A DNA stretch of 64,000 nt, taken from positions 145,547-209,546 of the forward strand of contig CAWGCR010000001.1 of the NCBI GenBank assembly GCA_963821135.1. Direction: 5' to 3'. Made by a program: the position numbers and the translations under genes. The number at the start of each line of letters is the position of its first letter. The stretch's first letter is position 1. The DNA is from an uncultured Bacteroidales bacterium. GTDB taxonomy: Bacteria > Bacteroidota > Bacteroidia > Bacteroidales > UBA10428. The notes beneath the pieces were generated by a model that was not told where the DNA came from, ran no database searches, and saw only the letters and a list, made by a program, of their open reading frames with translations. Of the stretch, positions 10,144 through 19,105 are shown one piece after another.

Positions 10144-11013
10144 ATGATCAAAAAGGCAGTAATACCCGCAGCAGGATTCGGTACCCGATTTCTTCCCATA
10201 ACCAAATCGCAACCCAAGGAAATGATACCCATCGTCGACACACCCACCATACAATATGTGGTCGAAGAAGCCGTAAAATCAGGTATCACTGATATTCTGA
10301 TGATTATTGGAAAAGGGAAACGGGCCATTGAAGAACATTTCGACCGGAGCTTTGAGCTCGAAAATATGCTGATAGAGAAAAACATGGAGAAAGAACTTGA
10401 AGATATCCGAAACATTACCAAAATTGCCAATATCCATTTTGTCTGGCAGAAGGAAATGAGCGGACTCGGTGATGCTATCCGTTATGCCAAATACCATGTA
10501 GGAAACGAACCTTTTGCAATTCTTCTGGGCGATACAGTAATCGACGGCAAAGGAAAACCCATAACCAAACAACTAATGGACGTATTCGGTCGCTACAACA
10601 GTTCTGTGGTCGCTCTCGAAGAAGTAGATATTTCAAATGTAAGCCGTTACGGTATTCTCGATGGTAGCCCACTGGAAAAGAATGTACTGCTGGCTAACGA
10701 TTTTATTGAAAAGCCTTCGATAAAAGAAGCTCCCTCCAATCTGGCTATTGCGAGCCGCTATATTTTTACTCCTGAGATTTTCAAATACCTCGAAAACACC
10801 CAGCCGGGTATAAATAATGAAATACAGCTTACCGATGCTATGCGGGAAATGGTAAAGAAACATGCAATGTATGGTCTGAAGTTCGAAGGAAAGCGTTATG
10901 ATATTGGCAATAAGCTCGATTTCATCAAGACCAATATCGAATATGGTTTAAAGCACAAGGAGATTGGCAAAGAATTAAAGAAATATCTGAAGGAATTGTG
11001 TGAGAAGCTCTGA
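10144..11013 (+). CDS. galU: UTP--glucose-1-phosphate uridylyltransferase
   Basis: KAVIPAAGFGTRFLPITKSQPKEM, GLGDAI, EKPS, EIQLTDA and RYDIG motifs. Confidence 0.9.
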   Translation: MIKKAVIPAAGFGTRFLPITKSQPKEMIPIVDTPTIQYVVEEAVKSGITDILMIIGKGKRAIEEHFDRSFELENMLIEKNMEKELEDIRNITKIANIHFVWQKEMSGLGDAIRYAKYHVGNEPFAILLGDTVIDGKGKPITKQLMDVFGRYNSSVVALEEVDISNVSRYGILDGSPLEKNVLLANDFIEKPSIKEAPSNLAIASRYIFTPEIFKYLENTQPGINNEIQLTDAMREMVKKHAMYGLKFEGKRYDIGNKLDFIKTNIEYGLKHKEIGKELKKYLKELCEKL

Positions 11014-11063
11014 TGGTTAGTAACACAGGCATCTGTATTTATCAGAAAAAGATACTTTTTTTC

Positions 11064-12068
11064 TCATTCCTTCAGCAACAGTTCTTTTTTGCTGTCCTTT
11101 CCCTTCCTGAAGATCATTCGGAGAAAAATATTTCTCCAGACGCCCATTCCATAAGCAATGAGCAATTCAAATGAGGTTACTATGCTAAGAAAACCTACCT
11201 GCAGGCTGTGATTTCTTACCGAAGCATCGACGAAAACAGCCAGGAAATAAAAACCCAAAGTAATAAGGAACAACAAGAATAATGGCGGATAGATAAATGC
11301 CATGGCAATTCCGGCAAAAAGGAAAAGCACAAAAAAGCTCGGTAGCATGTGCACCAGTTTCAGTGCATCGCCATGTTTAATATGAAGATCGATACGTCCC
11401 TTACCGTGAAAATACAATTGCTTGTAAAACTTGTAAAAACTGGCCTTTCGTCTGTGAAAAACAAATGCTTCGGGGATCAGAGCCGTAACATACCCGGCTT
11501 TCAGCAACCGCATGCTCAGGTCAATATCCTCTGCTACCTGCATCCCACTGTATCCACCAACAGCGAAAAAAGCCTCCCGCCTGATTCCCATGTTGAATCC
11601 CCTCAGTTGAAATTTCCCTACATGTTTTTTCTTCCCGCGAATACCTCCTGTTGTCAGGATTGAAGTCATGGCATAATTTACCGCCTTCTGAAAAGGTGAG
11701 AAAGTGTCATCAGCCGCATCGGGGCCTCCATATCCATCAACCGATGGATTAACAACTAAAAAAGACTCAACCTTTTCAAAATAATCGGGGGGTACCACAC
11801 AATCGGAATCAATAAAAACCAGGAAATCGCCCCTGGCTTTTTCGCATCCCAGATTCCTCGACTCACTGGCACCAAGACCTTTTTCATGAAAATACTTCAG
11901 ATCAGTAATTCTTCTGTATTTCTCAATAACCGGATGCAATATATCATCAAGACTACCATCCACAACGATCACTTCAAAATCCCCGAATTTCTGTAGGGTC
12001 ATACTTTCAAGGAAATTTTCAACTTCATCGGGTCTGCCAAAAGTGGGCAGTATAACAGAATAGAACAT
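11064..12068 (-). CDS. Glycosyltransferase family 2
   Basis: SVILPTF, VVDGS, RNLG, FIDSD and EDIDLS motifs, plus C-terminal TM helices. Confidence 0.85.
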   Translation of the reverse strand: MFYSVILPTFGRPDEVENFLESMTLQKFGDFEVIVVDGSLDDILHPVIEKYRRITDLKYFHEKGLGASESRNLGCEKARGDFLVFIDSDCVVPPDYFEKVESFLVVNPSVDGYGGPDAADDTFSPFQKAVNYAMTSILTTGGIRGKKKHVGKFQLRGFNMGIRREAFFAVGGYSGMQVAEDIDLSMRLLKAGYVTALIPEAFVFHRRKASFYKFYKQLYFHGKGRIDLHIKHGDALKLVHMLPSFFVLFLFAGIAMAFIYPPLFLLFLITLGFYFLAVFVDASVRNHSLQVGFLSIVTSFELLIAYGMGVWRNIFLRMIFRKGKDSKKELLLKE

Positions 12069-12108
12069 GAATAAGTTTAAAGTTTAAAGTTCAAAGTTAC
12101 AAGTTTCT

Positions 12109-12200
12109 GGTTGGTTAGGGGCGTAGCATGTGCACGTGCTATATAATTTCAAGGTTGTTGGGTTGTCGGATTGAAGGGGCGTAGCATGCTACGCCCGTAA
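12109..12200 (+). repeat. REP-doublet element, copy 1
   Basis: Degenerate REP, then linker CTATATAATTTCAAGGTTGTTGGGTTGTCGGATT, then the perfect palindrome GGGCGTAGCATGCTACGCCC. Homologous to 15935-16032 and, inverted, to 23258-23362. Confidence 0.8.
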
Positions 12201-12282
12201 ATGTTCATTTAAGAACTGCGAATACTACCATCAACAAACTCTCTTCTACCTTTTCCCTCATTCCCTTCTCCCCTCTCTCCTC

Positions 12283-13233
12283 TCAAATCTCCTCCTCAAT
12301 CAAATAGCTATTTCGTTCTGCCGAATTGCGGGATACCAGCTCACCAAGAAATCCCGCTAAGAATAGCTGTGTGCCAATGATCATACAGGCCAGCCCTATA
12401 TAAAAATAAGGACTATTTGTAACAAGAGGTGAGAGTATGTGTTGTTTAACTGCAATCAGTTTCTTAATGCCTAAATAAGCTGCCATTGCAAATCCAAGGA
12501 TAAAAGTCAGGGTACCCAACAATCCAAAGAGATGCAGAGGACGTTTCCCATATTTGGAAATGAACATCACTGAAAGCAGGTCGAGGGGGCCCCGAATAAA
12601 TCGCTCAGCTCCAAATTTGGTGACACCGTATTTACGCTCCTGGTGGTGAACCACCTTTTCGCCAATTTTCTTAAATCCGGCCCACTTAGCAATCACAGGA
12701 ATAAAGCGGTGCATATCTCCATAAATTTCAATGCTTTTTACCACCCTGTTTCTATAGGCTTTTATTCCACAATTAAAATCGTGAAGTTTTATCCCACTTA
12801 CAGTTCGAGCCCACCAATTGTAAAATTTACTGGGCAGGTTTTTCGAGAACAGGGGATCGTGACGTTTCTTTTTCCATCCTGAAACCAAGTCGTACCCTTC
12901 CTCATTTATCATCTTATAAAACCCTGGGATTTCTTCAGGACTGTCCTGAAGGTCTGCATCCATTGTCATTACGACATTCCCCTTTGCAGCCTGAAATCCA
13001 GTATGCAGAGCTGCCGATTTTCCATAGTTGCGCCTGAATTTTATTCCACGAAGAGAGTCATTCTTTTGCTGAATTTCACTTATCACTTCCCATGAATTAT
13101 CAGTACTCCCATCATCGATCATTATTATTTCGTAGCTCAACTTGTTCTCCCGACAGACCTTACCAATCCAGGTGGTAAGTTCGGGAAGAGAGTCAGATTC
13201 GTTAAGCAGAGGTATTACAATTGAAATATCCAT
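12283..13233 (-). CDS. Glycosyltransferase family 2 (DPM1/ArnC-like polyprenyl-phosphate glycosyltransferase)
   Basis: ISIVIPLLNE, DDGSTD, RNYGKSAAL, MDADLQD, LHDFNCG and two C-terminal TM helices. ATG at 13233 preferred. Confidence 0.85.
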   Translation of the reverse strand: MDISIVIPLLNESDSLPELTTWIGKVCRENKLSYEIIMIDDGSTDNSWEVISEIQQKNDSLRGIKFRRNYGKSAALHTGFQAAKGNVVMTMDADLQDSPEEIPGFYKMINEEGYDLVSGWKKKRHDPLFSKNLPSKFYNWWARTVSGIKLHDFNCGIKAYRNRVVKSIEIYGDMHRFIPVIAKWAGFKKIGEKVVHHQERKYGVTKFGAERFIRGPLDLLSVMFISKYGKRPLHLFGLLGTLTFILGFAMAAYLGIKKLIAVKQHILSPLVTNSPYFYIGLACMIIGTQLFLAGFLGELVSRNSAERNSYLIEEEI

Positions 13234-13243
13234 GATAAGATAG

Positions 13244-13762
13244 TTAGACGTTTGATTGCTCGCCGGCAAGTGGATTAGTTTCTCGTTTCAACATCGCAGC
13301 CAGGGGTAAAGATAAAACGGAACCCCAAAAGGCCGCACTAAATAAATAACTTATTCCCATGACAAAAGGAGTGAAAAGCCGGGATTGTAATTCAATTAAA
13401 TCTTCCGATACACCACTATTCAACCATAATTCCTGCATTTCTTCAATTCTTGTTTCAAGTAATCCTGGCGAAAGATATTTATACAGAATATATTCATAAA
13501 AAGCCCATATAATGCCCGTAAATACACAAGTTAAAACAGCCGTTCCATATGCCCTTCCAAAGCTAAGGACTCCTCCGTTCTCATGATCGCGATATCGCTT
13601 AACCGATATGAAAATCCCGGCAACAAACATAAACAGGGCTATGTTTGGCATTCGTGGATTATTCATCATACCAAATACGTAAATTAATAAAAGAAAAAGA
13701 ATGATGGCTCCCCCTGTATACAAACTATACTTTACCGTATGCTGAAACTGTGTTGATTGCAT
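13244..13762 (-). CDS. DUF4199-like membrane protein
   Basis: Four hydrophobic helices with YRDHENGGVLSFGRA; usual position upstream of a GT2 gene in Bacteroidota. Confidence 0.7.
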   Translation of the reverse strand: MQSTQFQHTVKYSLYTGGAIILFLLLIYVFGMMNNPRMPNIALFMFVAGIFISVKRYRDHENGGVLSFGRAYGTAVLTCVFTGIIWAFYEYILYKYLSPGLLETRIEEMQELWLNSGVSEDLIELQSRLFTPFVMGISYLFSAAFWGSVLSLPLAAMLKRETNPLAGEQSNV

Positions 13763-13994
13763 TAAGAATTGAATTTTCTGTAAATTTTGCGATAAAAGTA
13801 AATAAAAAATGTCAACTCCGTTTCCCTTAGTGATAAGTCAGGGAGTAATTAAAATAAAAGTTGGTTACAGTCTCTAGGCTTTTTCCTCCCAAAAAAACTG
13901 ACCGACCGGCAGCTTGCTGGTTCGGGGTATTTCAGTAAACACAAATAAATTAATCTGAAATTGATTTTTTACTAGAAAAAAAGATAAAAGTTTA

Positions 13995-14002
13995 TACTTT
14001 TG
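13995..14002 (+). promoter_or_regulatory. Bacteroidota housekeeping promoter -7 element for the SRP RNA
   Basis: TACTTTTG matches TAnnTTTG and ends 7 nt before the RNA 5' end. Confidence 0.6.
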
Positions 14003-14008
14003 CCGCCC

Positions 14009-14107
14009 GGGGTAAGTCTTATACGACCAGCTCCTGCTGAACTCCCCCAGGACCGGAAGGTAGCAAGGGTAGGCGGTTGTAGCGGTGCGATATAAGTAGC
14101 TTACCCC
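14009..14107 (+). ncRNA. ffs: Signal recognition particle RNA (small bacterial SRP, 4.5S)
   Basis: Closing stem GGGGTAAG...CTTACCCC followed by a T-tract; conserved domain IV CAGGACCGGAAGGTAGCA with the GGAA tetraloop. Confidence 0.92.
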
Positions 14108-14118
14108 TTTTTTATGCA

Positions 14119-14207
14119 CCGAAGTTTTGACGAAGGCGCATTTTATTCGCCGAAGTCTTGACGAAGGCGCATTTTATTCGCCGAAGTCTTGACGAAGGCG
14201 CATTTTA
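14119..14207 (+). repeat. Tandem 31-bp palindromic repeat, about 2.9 copies
   Basis: CCGAAGTYTTGACGAAGGCGCATTTTATTCG at 14119, 14150 and 14181, with no spacers. Confidence 0.85.
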
Positions 14208-14294
14208 TATGCAAAATTGTATTTGATAGCTAAAACTTCGTGCCAGGAAATATTTGTACCCAGGCCTTTCTCAACCTCCACAGGTTTTCAACAG

Positions 14295-14753
14295 CTAACC
14301 CAGCACCTCAATCACCTCCTCAGGTGCCTGTACCAATTCTACCAGCACCCCCTCACTGCATAATGGAAATTCCTCATTCCCCTTTGGATGGATAAAACAT
14401 ATATCGTACCCACTGGCTCCGGGTCGGATGCCTCCTGGCGTAAACCGAACTCCTTGTGCAGTTAGCCACTCAACTGCTTTTGGAAGATCGTCAATCCACA
14501 GACCGATATGATTTAATTTTGGTTGATCAACTCGTGGTTTTTTCTCCAAATCGAGCGGTTGCATAATATCTACTTCAACGGCATTTGTCCCCTCTCCTAT
14601 CTTCAAAACATCTTCGTCAACATTTTCTCTTTCGCTGGTAAAGGTTTTTACTGGCGAAAGCCCCATAATATCTACCCAAAACTTTGCCAGCTTCGATTTA
14701 TCCTCTCCTCCAATGGCTATTTGTTGTATACCCAGTACTTTAAAAGGTCTCAT
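14295..14753 (-). CDS. VOC family protein (methylmalonyl-CoA epimerase/glyoxalase-like)
   Basis: [26 protein letters not shown] and GVLVELVQ motifs. ATG at 14753. Confidence 0.8.
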   Translation of the reverse strand: MRPFKVLGIQQIAIGGEDKSKLAKFWVDIMGLSPVKTFTSERENVDEDVLKIGEGTNAVEVDIMQPLDLEKKPRVDQPKLNHIGLWIDDLPKAVEWLTAQGVRFTPGGIRPGASGYDICFIHPKGNEEFPLCSEGVLVELVQAPEEVIEVLG

Positions 14754-14936
14754 ATTTTTCAAATTTAACTCAGATATAAATTCAACAATATTGCGCGAAT
14801 GTAACCATTTTCTTTTTTCGTACTTACAGATTTACTCAACTGAATCGCTGACAACTTTACCTGATAATTTCTTCATTTATGATAAAAAGACTAAATTTAA
14901 ATTTGGTAGAAAAATGAGAGGCTATAAAACCGGACT

Positions 14937-15323
14937 ATGGAAAAACTCATTCTGGAAGGCAGCAACGATAAGCCAAAGGTAAATCTTGATAAGGACAAGG
15001 GATACTTATTCATTGGGGGATCTTCCCTCCCCGAAAATGTTCTGGAGGTTTATATTCCAATAATCGAATGGATGAATCAGTATATTATTGATCCAAATCC
15101 AAATACAATAATCGAATTTTACTTTGAATATCTTAATACCGCTTCAAGCCAGATGATCATGCGCATTCTCGAAAAATGTCTTGAACTGAAATCGCAATGC
15201 GATACGCTAAGCATTAATTGGTGCTATTCAGCAGGAGATATCGATATGCGTGATTTTGGTCAGGAAATGGCCGAACTTACGAATTATCCCATAAACATTA
15301 TCACAAGGGAACAACAACCATAA
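14937..15323 (+). CDS. SiaC family (DUF1987) protein
   Basis: KPKVNLD...IGGSSLPENV.EVY.PIIEW...FEYLNTASS...INWCY..GD.DM..GQE pattern. Confidence 0.8.
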   Translation: MEKLILEGSNDKPKVNLDKDKGYLFIGGSSLPENVLEVYIPIIEWMNQYIIDPNPNTIIEFYFEYLNTASSQMIMRILEKCLELKSQCDTLSINWCYSAGDIDMRDFGQEMAELTNYPINIITREQQP

Positions 15324-15333
15324 AACGAATACA

Positions 15334-15891
15334 ATGAAGTACTCCTTCAAACTCTTTCAATTATCATCGGTAATCCTTTTTCTTGGTGCAATTTTAGCAT
15401 CAGCCCAGAACGAATCAGTTGACCCAAAACTCCAGATGTTAGAAGTCAGGATTACAAGAGGTGAAGAAAAAGTCGCCGCTGCAGAACGCAAATTATTTAT
15501 TGCTGACTCGCTGATCAATACAGGAGAACAACAGATTATCGAATCTGAAGAAGAGTATGCAGAATTAGAGGAACAACAATCCATTCTCGAGAAAGAATAC
15601 AGAGACGAATATAAAGTGGTATCGAAACAGATGAAGTCGAAAGATCCCAACATTGCAGAAAAAGCTGAAGCCGATATGAAAGCACTTGATGCTCAATATA
15701 AAAGTGACTCCAGGACTTTGGAAACACGTATCAGGGAACTTACCCGCATTGCCGAAAAAGGTCAATCGAATATAGAAAAAGGAAGAGAACGTATGAAAGC
15801 GGCTCAAACCGCCCTAAAGGATGCTCAGGATTACCTTAATGAAGCAGAAATGAAGTACGATGAGGAGATTCGGAAACAGGAAGAAAAATAG
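15334..15891 (+). CDS. Exported coiled-coil hypothetical protein
   Basis: Signal peptide (ASA-Q) followed by E/K/A-rich heptad sequence. Confidence 0.7.
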   Translation: MKYSFKLFQLSSVILFLGAILASAQNESVDPKLQMLEVRITRGEEKVAAAERKLFIADSLINTGEQQIIESEEEYAELEEQQSILEKEYRDEYKVVSKQMKSKDPNIAEKAEADMKALDAQYKSDSRTLETRIRELTRIAEKGQSNIEKGRERMKAAQTALKDAQDYLNEAEMKYDEEIRKQEEK

Positions 15892-15934
15892 ATAGTTGGA
15901 AGTCAAAAGTGCCAGGATACTGTTAGTGGTTTAT

Positions 15935-16032
15935 TAGGTTGTCTGATTGCAGGGCCGTAGCATGCTTCGCCCGTACTATATAATTTCAAGGTAGTTAGGT
16001 CGTCGGATTATTGGGACGTTGCATGCTACGCC
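15935..16032 (+). repeat. REP-doublet element, copy 2
   Basis: AGGGCCGTAGCATGCTTCGCCCGTAC-TATATAATTTCAAGGTAGTTAGGTCGTCGGATT-GGGACGTTGCATGCTACGCC; same linker as copies 1 and 3. Confidence 0.8.
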
Positions 16033-16148
16033 ATGCGCCCATTCCCTTTTTCCCTTTTCCACTTTTCCCTCTTCCCTTTTCCCTAAATTTCCTACCTGCC
16101 ACTCACCGATAACTTTCAATTATCCATAATTCATAGCTATTTTTTCCC

Positions 16149-16156
16149 TACTTTTG
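16149..16156 (+). promoter_or_regulatory. Bacteroidota -7 promoter element
   Basis: TACTTTTG (TAnnTTTG) about 30 nt upstream of the ATG at 16185. Confidence 0.5.
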
Positions 16157-16184
16157 CGCCCTGTTAGTCAGAATCGAATAGCTG

Positions 16185-16961
16185 ATGGATAGCCTTATAA
16201 GAATTGCACTGAATACTATACCCCGAAAACATCTGATACGGTTAAGTTACCTGTTCAGAAAAATCTCACAGTATACTAACAAAGGGAACAGTGTTGAATG
16301 CCCTGTTTGTGGAAGTCAATACCGGAAATTTATGCCTTACGGATACCACATTGTCCGGAAAAACGTGCTCTGCCCAAAATGTCTTTCTTTGGAGCGTCAT
16401 CGGTTGGTATGGCTGTACCTGAATGAACGAACTCACTTTTTTACCAAACCTATGAAAGTTCTCCACATTGCACCGGAACAGACTTTCCTCGATCGATTCA
16501 AAAAGTTGGAAAATCTGACATACCTTACTGCCGATCTTGAATCACCTATTGCCGATTACAAGTGCGACGTACAGGAATTGCCTTTTAAAGAGAATGAATT
16601 CGATGTCGTAATTTGTAACCACGTACTGGAGCATGTCGATGATGATACCCGGGCCATGTCGGAAATCCTTCGTGTAATCAAACCCGGCGCTTTTGCCATT
16701 CTGCTTGTTCCCCTGTATTTCGATAGAGAAAAAACCTATGAAGATCCAAGTATAGTATCACCAAAAGAGCGGGCCAAACATTTTCTGCAGTATGATCATA
16801 AGCGATTATATGGTGTCGATTATCCAAATCGACTAAGAAAAGTTGGATTTATTATTCCTGAAAAGAACTTTCTCGATGAGATAGATGTTACTCTTAAAAA
16901 GCGATATGCTCTTCCTGAAAAAGAATTTATGTATGGCTATACAAAACCTAAAAACACCTGA
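16185..16961 (+). CDS. Class I SAM-dependent methyltransferase with an N-terminal Cys cluster
   Basis: CPVC...CPKCLSLERHR, VLHIAPE, FDVVICNHVLEHV and LRVIKPG motifs. Confidence 0.8.
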   Translation: MDSLIRIALNTIPRKHLIRLSYLFRKISQYTNKGNSVECPVCGSQYRKFMPYGYHIVRKNVLCPKCLSLERHRLVWLYLNERTHFFTKPMKVLHIAPEQTFLDRFKKLENLTYLTADLESPIADYKCDVQELPFKENEFDVVICNHVLEHVDDDTRAMSEILRVIKPGAFAILLVPLYFDREKTYEDPSIVSPKERAKHFLQYDHKRLYGVDYPNRLRKVGFIIPEKNFLDEIDVTLKKRYALPEKEFMYGYTKPKNT

Positions 16962-17067
16962 TTGTATTAGTATACAACCGACAAATCTTATTCAGTAATC
17001 CGACTGTATTGAATCCGGTATAAATTAAAAATAATAATGCTTAAAAGACATTTTAAAAATATTTCTC

Positions 17068-17075
17068 TATATTTG
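17068..17075 (+). promoter_or_regulatory. Bacteroidota -7 promoter element of the ilv operon
   Basis: TATATTTG about 20 nt upstream of the leader-peptide ATG. Confidence 0.55.
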
Positions 17076-17094
17076 TCCTTCGATTTACATAGGT

Positions 17095-17157
17095 ATGAGA
17101 ACAATTTCCGTCATAGTCGTAGTCCTTCTTATTAGCGTGGTAAACACGTTAAGGTGA
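17095..17157 (+). CDS. ilv operon leader peptide [20 protein letters not shown]
   Basis: 20-codon ORF in which 12 codons are Val/Ile/Leu; lies directly upstream of an attenuator hairpin and ilvD. Confidence 0.85.
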   Translation: MRTISVIVVVLLISVVNTLR

Positions 17158-17187
17158 GAATGGTGCGATTTTGATGCAAAGATATTT

Positions 17188-17219
17188 AAAGCCATTCTTA
17201 CCACAAGGATGGCTTTTTT
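17188..17219 (+). terminator. Attenuator terminator of the ilv leader
   Basis: AAAGCCATTCTT-ACCAC-AAGGATGGCTTTTTT. Its left arm can instead pair with GTGAGAATGGT (17154-17164), which overlaps the leader stop codon. Confidence 0.85.
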
Positions 17220-17254
17220 CATATATTAATTTACAGATTAACAACCAGATTCCA

Positions 17255-19081
17255 ATGGAACGAAAATTACGAAGCGCAACAACAACCGAAGGCCGGCGAA
17301 TGGCAGGAGCCAGAAGTTTATGGAGAGCTGCCGGTATGAAAGAAGAACAAATCGGCAAGCCCATTATTGCTATTGTAAATTCCTTTACACAGTTTGTTCC
17401 CGGACATACCCATCTTCATCAAATTGGTCAGGACGTGAAAAAATGGATGGAAGCCGAAGGATGCTATGCTGCGGAATTTAATACCATAGCCATCGACGAT
17501 GGAATTGCCATGGGACACGATGGTATGCTGTATTCCTTGCCTTCGCGCGATCTGATTGCGGATAGCGTAGAGTACATGTGCAATGCCCATAAGGTTGATG
17601 CAATGATTTGTATCAGCAATTGCGATAAAATTACACCAGGAATGCTTATGGCTGCCATGAGATTGAATATCCCTGCAATATTTGTTTCAGGGGGTCCAAT
17701 GGAAGCCGGAAGGGCTTTGAACCGTAAATACGATCTGGTAGATGCCATGGTAATGGCTGCCGACAATTCAGTTCCCGACGATGAATTGTCGATTGTTGAG
17801 CAGGAAGCTTGTCCTACCTGCGGTTCATGTTCCGGTATGTTTACGGCAAATTCCATGAACTGCCTGAACGAAGCCCTCGGATTGGCACTTCCAGGTAACG
17901 GAACAATCGTTGCCACCCATAAAAATCGCCTAAAATTATTTGAAAAGGCTGCTAAACAGATTGTTAGCATAACAAAGAAATACTATTTCGAAGGAGATGA
18001 TTCAGTACTTCCCCGGGCTATCGGAAATAGACAGTCGTTTATGAATGCCATGACACTGGATATTGCCATGGGGGGATCGACAAATACGGTGTTACATATT
18101 TTAGCTATCGCAAACGAAGCAGGTGTTGATTTTAAAATGAAAGACATTGATGCGCTTTCCCGCAAGATACCTGTGCTGTGTAAAGTATCACCTAGCTCGC
18201 AATACCATGTGGAGGATGTGAACAGAGCTGGCGGCATTCTTGGCATACTTAACGAGCTTGATAAAGCCGGATTAATTGACAGCTCAGTTTCTCGTGCCGA
18301 TGGCCTCATATTAAGGGATGCCATGAAGAAATATGATATTACTTTGGAGAATCCGGACAAGGAAGCAATAGATATTTACAGCAGTGCACCTGCAGGAATT
18401 AAAAACCTGAAAATGGGCAGCCAGGGAGTTATTTTTAAACAACTTGATACCGATAGATCCAAAGGATGTATTCGCGACCTGGAAAATTGTTATAACAGAG
18501 ATGGCGGACTTGGAGTGCTCTTTGGAAATATTGCTCAGAAAGGAAGTGTGGTAAAAACTGCCGGAGTGGATGAATCCATATTCATGTTTAAAGGCCCTGC
18601 TATTGTTTTCGAATCGCAGGAAGATGCCAATGAAGCCATACTAAATGATAAAGTTAAAGAAGGCGATGTAGTCATCATCAGGTACGAAGGGCCCAAAGGT
18701 GGTCCGGGAATGCAGGAAATGCTGTATCCAACTTCTTATATCAAATCGAAAGGTTTAGGGAAAGCTTGCGCTCTCGTAACCGATGGCCGATTCTCGGGAG
18801 GTACCTCAGGTTTGTCAATCGGGCATGTGTCCCCCGAAGCTGCTGCAGGAGGTGCAATTGCACTCATTAAAGATGGCGATATGATTGAAATAAATATCCC
18901 CGAACGAAAATTAAATGTGCTCCTCAGCGAGGAGGAGCTTAAATTTCGACAACAGAAGGAAGAGCAACGAGGCGATACTGCCTTTACCCCAAAAGTCAGG
19001 GAACGCAAAATTTCCAAAGCATTAAAGATTTATGCTAAAATGGTGACTTCGGCCGATACCGGAGCAATTAGAGATATTTAA
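17255..19081 (+). CDS. ilvD: Dihydroxy-acid dehydratase
   Basis: [54 protein letters not shown] and TDGRFSGGT motifs. Start taken at ATG 17255, after the attenuator. Confidence 0.95.
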   Translation: MERKLRSATTTEGRRMAGARSLWRAAGMKEEQIGKPIIAIVNSFTQFVPGHTHLHQIGQDVKKWMEAEGCYAAEFNTIAIDDGIAMGHDGMLYSLPSRDLIADSVEYMCNAHKVDAMICISNCDKITPGMLMAAMRLNIPAIFVSGGPMEAGRALNRKYDLVDAMVMAADNSVPDDELSIVEQEACPTCGSCSGMFTANSMNCLNEALGLALPGNGTIVATHKNRLKLFEKAAKQIVSITKKYYFEGDDSVLPRAIGNRQSFMNAMTLDIAMGGSTNTVLHILAIANEAGVDFKMKDIDALSRKIPVLCKVSPSSQYHVEDVNRAGGILGILNELDKAGLIDSSVSRADGLILRDAMKKYDITLENPDKEAIDIYSSAPAGIKNLKMGSQGVIFKQLDTDRSKGCIRDLENCYNRDGGLGVLFGNIAQKGSVVKTAGVDESIFMFKGPAIVFESQEDANEAILNDKVKEGDVVIIRYEGPKGGPGMQEMLYPTSYIKSKGLGKACALVTDGRFSGGTSGLSIGHVSPEAAAGGAIALIKDGDMIEINIPERKLNVLLSEEELKFRQQKEEQRGDTAFTPKVRERKISKALKIYAKMVTSADTGAIRDI

Positions 19082-19105
19082 GTTGAATTTGCAATAAATA
19101 ATAAG

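Noticed and set aside
13874-14119. 81-aa minus-strand ORF
   Set aside because: It is the antisense of the SRP RNA gene and its promoter.
14119-14207. Possible mini CRISPR array
   Set aside because: The units are contiguous with no unique spacers, and there are no cas genes in the window.
17171-17254. N-terminal extension of IlvD given in the ORF track
   Set aside because: It runs through the attenuator terminator; IlvD-like sequence begins at ATG 17255.
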